A DNA stretch of 64,000 nucleotides, taken from contig NC_083410.1 of the NCBI RefSeq assembly GCF_020745735.1, positions 46,536,117 through 46,600,116 of the forward strand. Direction: 5' to 3'. The DNA comes from Hemiscyllium ocellatum. Lineage: Eukaryota. This document shows positions 62,579 to 64,000 of this stretch, in pieces. The notes under the pieces were generated by a model that did no database searches, was not told the DNA's origin, and saw only the letters and a program-made list of their open reading frames with translations. Each line of letters opens with the position of its first letter. The first letter of the stretch is position 1. Position numbers and translations under genes: made by a program.

Positions 62579-63132
62579 AAAATGTTTGCCCTATTACTAA
62601 AAGACTGCCGACCAGCAAGACAAGCAGCCTGTCGCCGTACTAAAAGACAAGGCAGGGATGCTGTGAGCATGCACACAGGCATTAAGTCAGGGAAAGCTCA
62701 GAGGGCAATTGAGTAGCTCAGAGATGCAGCCTGGTCTAGTATGTGAGCTGGGTGTGTGTCTCTACAAAGTTCCATATGCAGCATTGTAATTATAGCTGGT
62801 GTGCTCCAAAGTGCAGATTTAAAGTGCAGAAGTGTTCTGCAATTAGCTTGGAGACGTGTCATGAGAGTCTGTGTGACTCTGGTTGTTGGATTCCAATGTT
62901 TGTTAGCATGATGTGTGTGCAGCTGATGACCGGGAACATGCCTTGAGATGTTGCTGGGTGTTCAAGTTGACAATCTGGCCGTGTAAGTGACTAGATAGGA
63001 TTTGTTGTTGTCTAGTTTCCTGGTGGCGATTGGTCAAGAATCGGAGGTAAGATTCAGTGTTAATGAGGCTATTGCTGAGCAAAATCACCATTAATATGCA
63101 TCACCCCATTCCCTATCGAGAATCTCATTTCA

Positions 63133-63213
63133 ATGCTGCCAGACCTGCTAAGATTTTCTAGAAATTTCTGTTTTTGTTTCTGATTTCCTGCATGTGCAGT
63201 TCTTCAGTTTTTT
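63133..63213 (+). mobile_element. PLE family C terminal remnant
   Basis: atgctgccagacctgct...ttctagaaatttctgttt matches 7237-7278. Confidence 0.55.
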
Positions 63214-63399
63214 GCTGTAGTGCATATTTTTGTTCGATATGATGTGAGCTGAGTGTTCGTAATGAGCATTCAGTTCATTTCAACATAAGAATCAAGTTTG
63301 AAACTTGCAAATAATAAGTTGATGAATCCTTTCTTAATCTTCTCAACCTCTGATATAGAATTTTTAAATGTTTAGATTAGGAATAATAAAGAAAAAATT

Positions 63400-63810
63400 G
63401 GATTTATAAAGTCCATTACATGGTATCCCAACCTGCTTTCCAGTCATTTAAACACTGCGGTGTAGATTCACCTGTAATAGAAAGAACACAGCAGCCAGTT
63501 TTACATGGAGGAAACTGAAGAGATAAATGACCAACTAATAGTTTTTAAGCGAGGTTAATGAAAGGGCAAATATTGGCCAAAACTGGAGGGAGATTCCCTG
63601 CTTTTTTCAGAAAAGTGCCGTGACATCTTTCCGTTCACTTGAAAATGTAAACAGGACACTAGTTTAAAGCCGCAGGTTGAAAAGTGACATTCCAATAGTG
63701 TGTCAATCTTTCAGTGACATGCTGGATTTTCAGCCTAGATTTTTGTGCTTAGTCTCCAGAATGGAACTATGAACCCACAAACTTTTGATTCAGAGATGTG
63801 ATACTGAGCT
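63400..63810 (-). mobile_element. Decayed DeuSINE-like SINE (SacSINE1/AmnSINE-related)
   Basis: aatattggcca...ccctgct...aaagtgcc.tg..atctt, cagcctagatttttgtgct, tgaacccaca (B-box rc) match the Deu-domain SINE layout as recalled. Confidence 0.6.
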
Positions 63811-64000
63811 CCAATGTTTCCTCAACTGACAGCAGAGAGTATGTTTTATTATGTTTTCTGCCTTCATATTCCAATAAATTTCCAATCTCAATAGAATTAT
63901 ATGAAAATAAATGCTTTTGCTGAGCAACAAAACAAGTGTGACTGCAGGCATAACTTTATATTAATATTTGTATCTTGCAATTTCCTGCTAATTCAGGTAT

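Noticed and set aside
1-64000. CRISPR arrays, rRNA, operons or horizontally acquired prokaryotic/viral genes
   Set aside because: No regularly spaced repeats or long non-TE ORFs; the GC-rich 47-50 kb block is the PLE

Overview
Non-genic-looking, AT-rich vertebrate genomic DNA, very probably a cartilaginous fish (shark). The repeats match the HE1-type V-SINE / HER1-type CR1 LINE pair described from elasmobranchs. By eye, roughly two-thirds of the window is nested, mostly decayed transposable elements. These are many CR1 LINE copies, seven tRNA-headed V-SINEs, a DeuSINE-like SINE, an internally deleted L1, Rex1/Babar, RTE and L2 fragments, Gypsy gag/integrase/LTR remnants, a hAT transposase remnant, and Penelope-like elements (PLEs). 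No host protein-coding gene could be identified with confidence. There are only weak candidate exons, an RFX X-box near 40.2 kb and a CpG-retaining promoter-like patch at about 43.5-44.1 kb. The clearest non-trivial biology is a set of minimal hammerhead ribozymes carried by three PLE families. These include a 2.7-kb Neptune-type PLE with an inverted terminal repeat, one ribozyme on each strand and a 15-bp TSD. Short ribozyme-only insertions and fold-back hairpins have breakpoints clustered at the ribozyme. Several locally templated inverted or direct insertions (one 154 bp with no mismatch seen) point to recurrent template-switch repair. Coordinates of decayed elements are approximate, and family names are from recall, not database searches.
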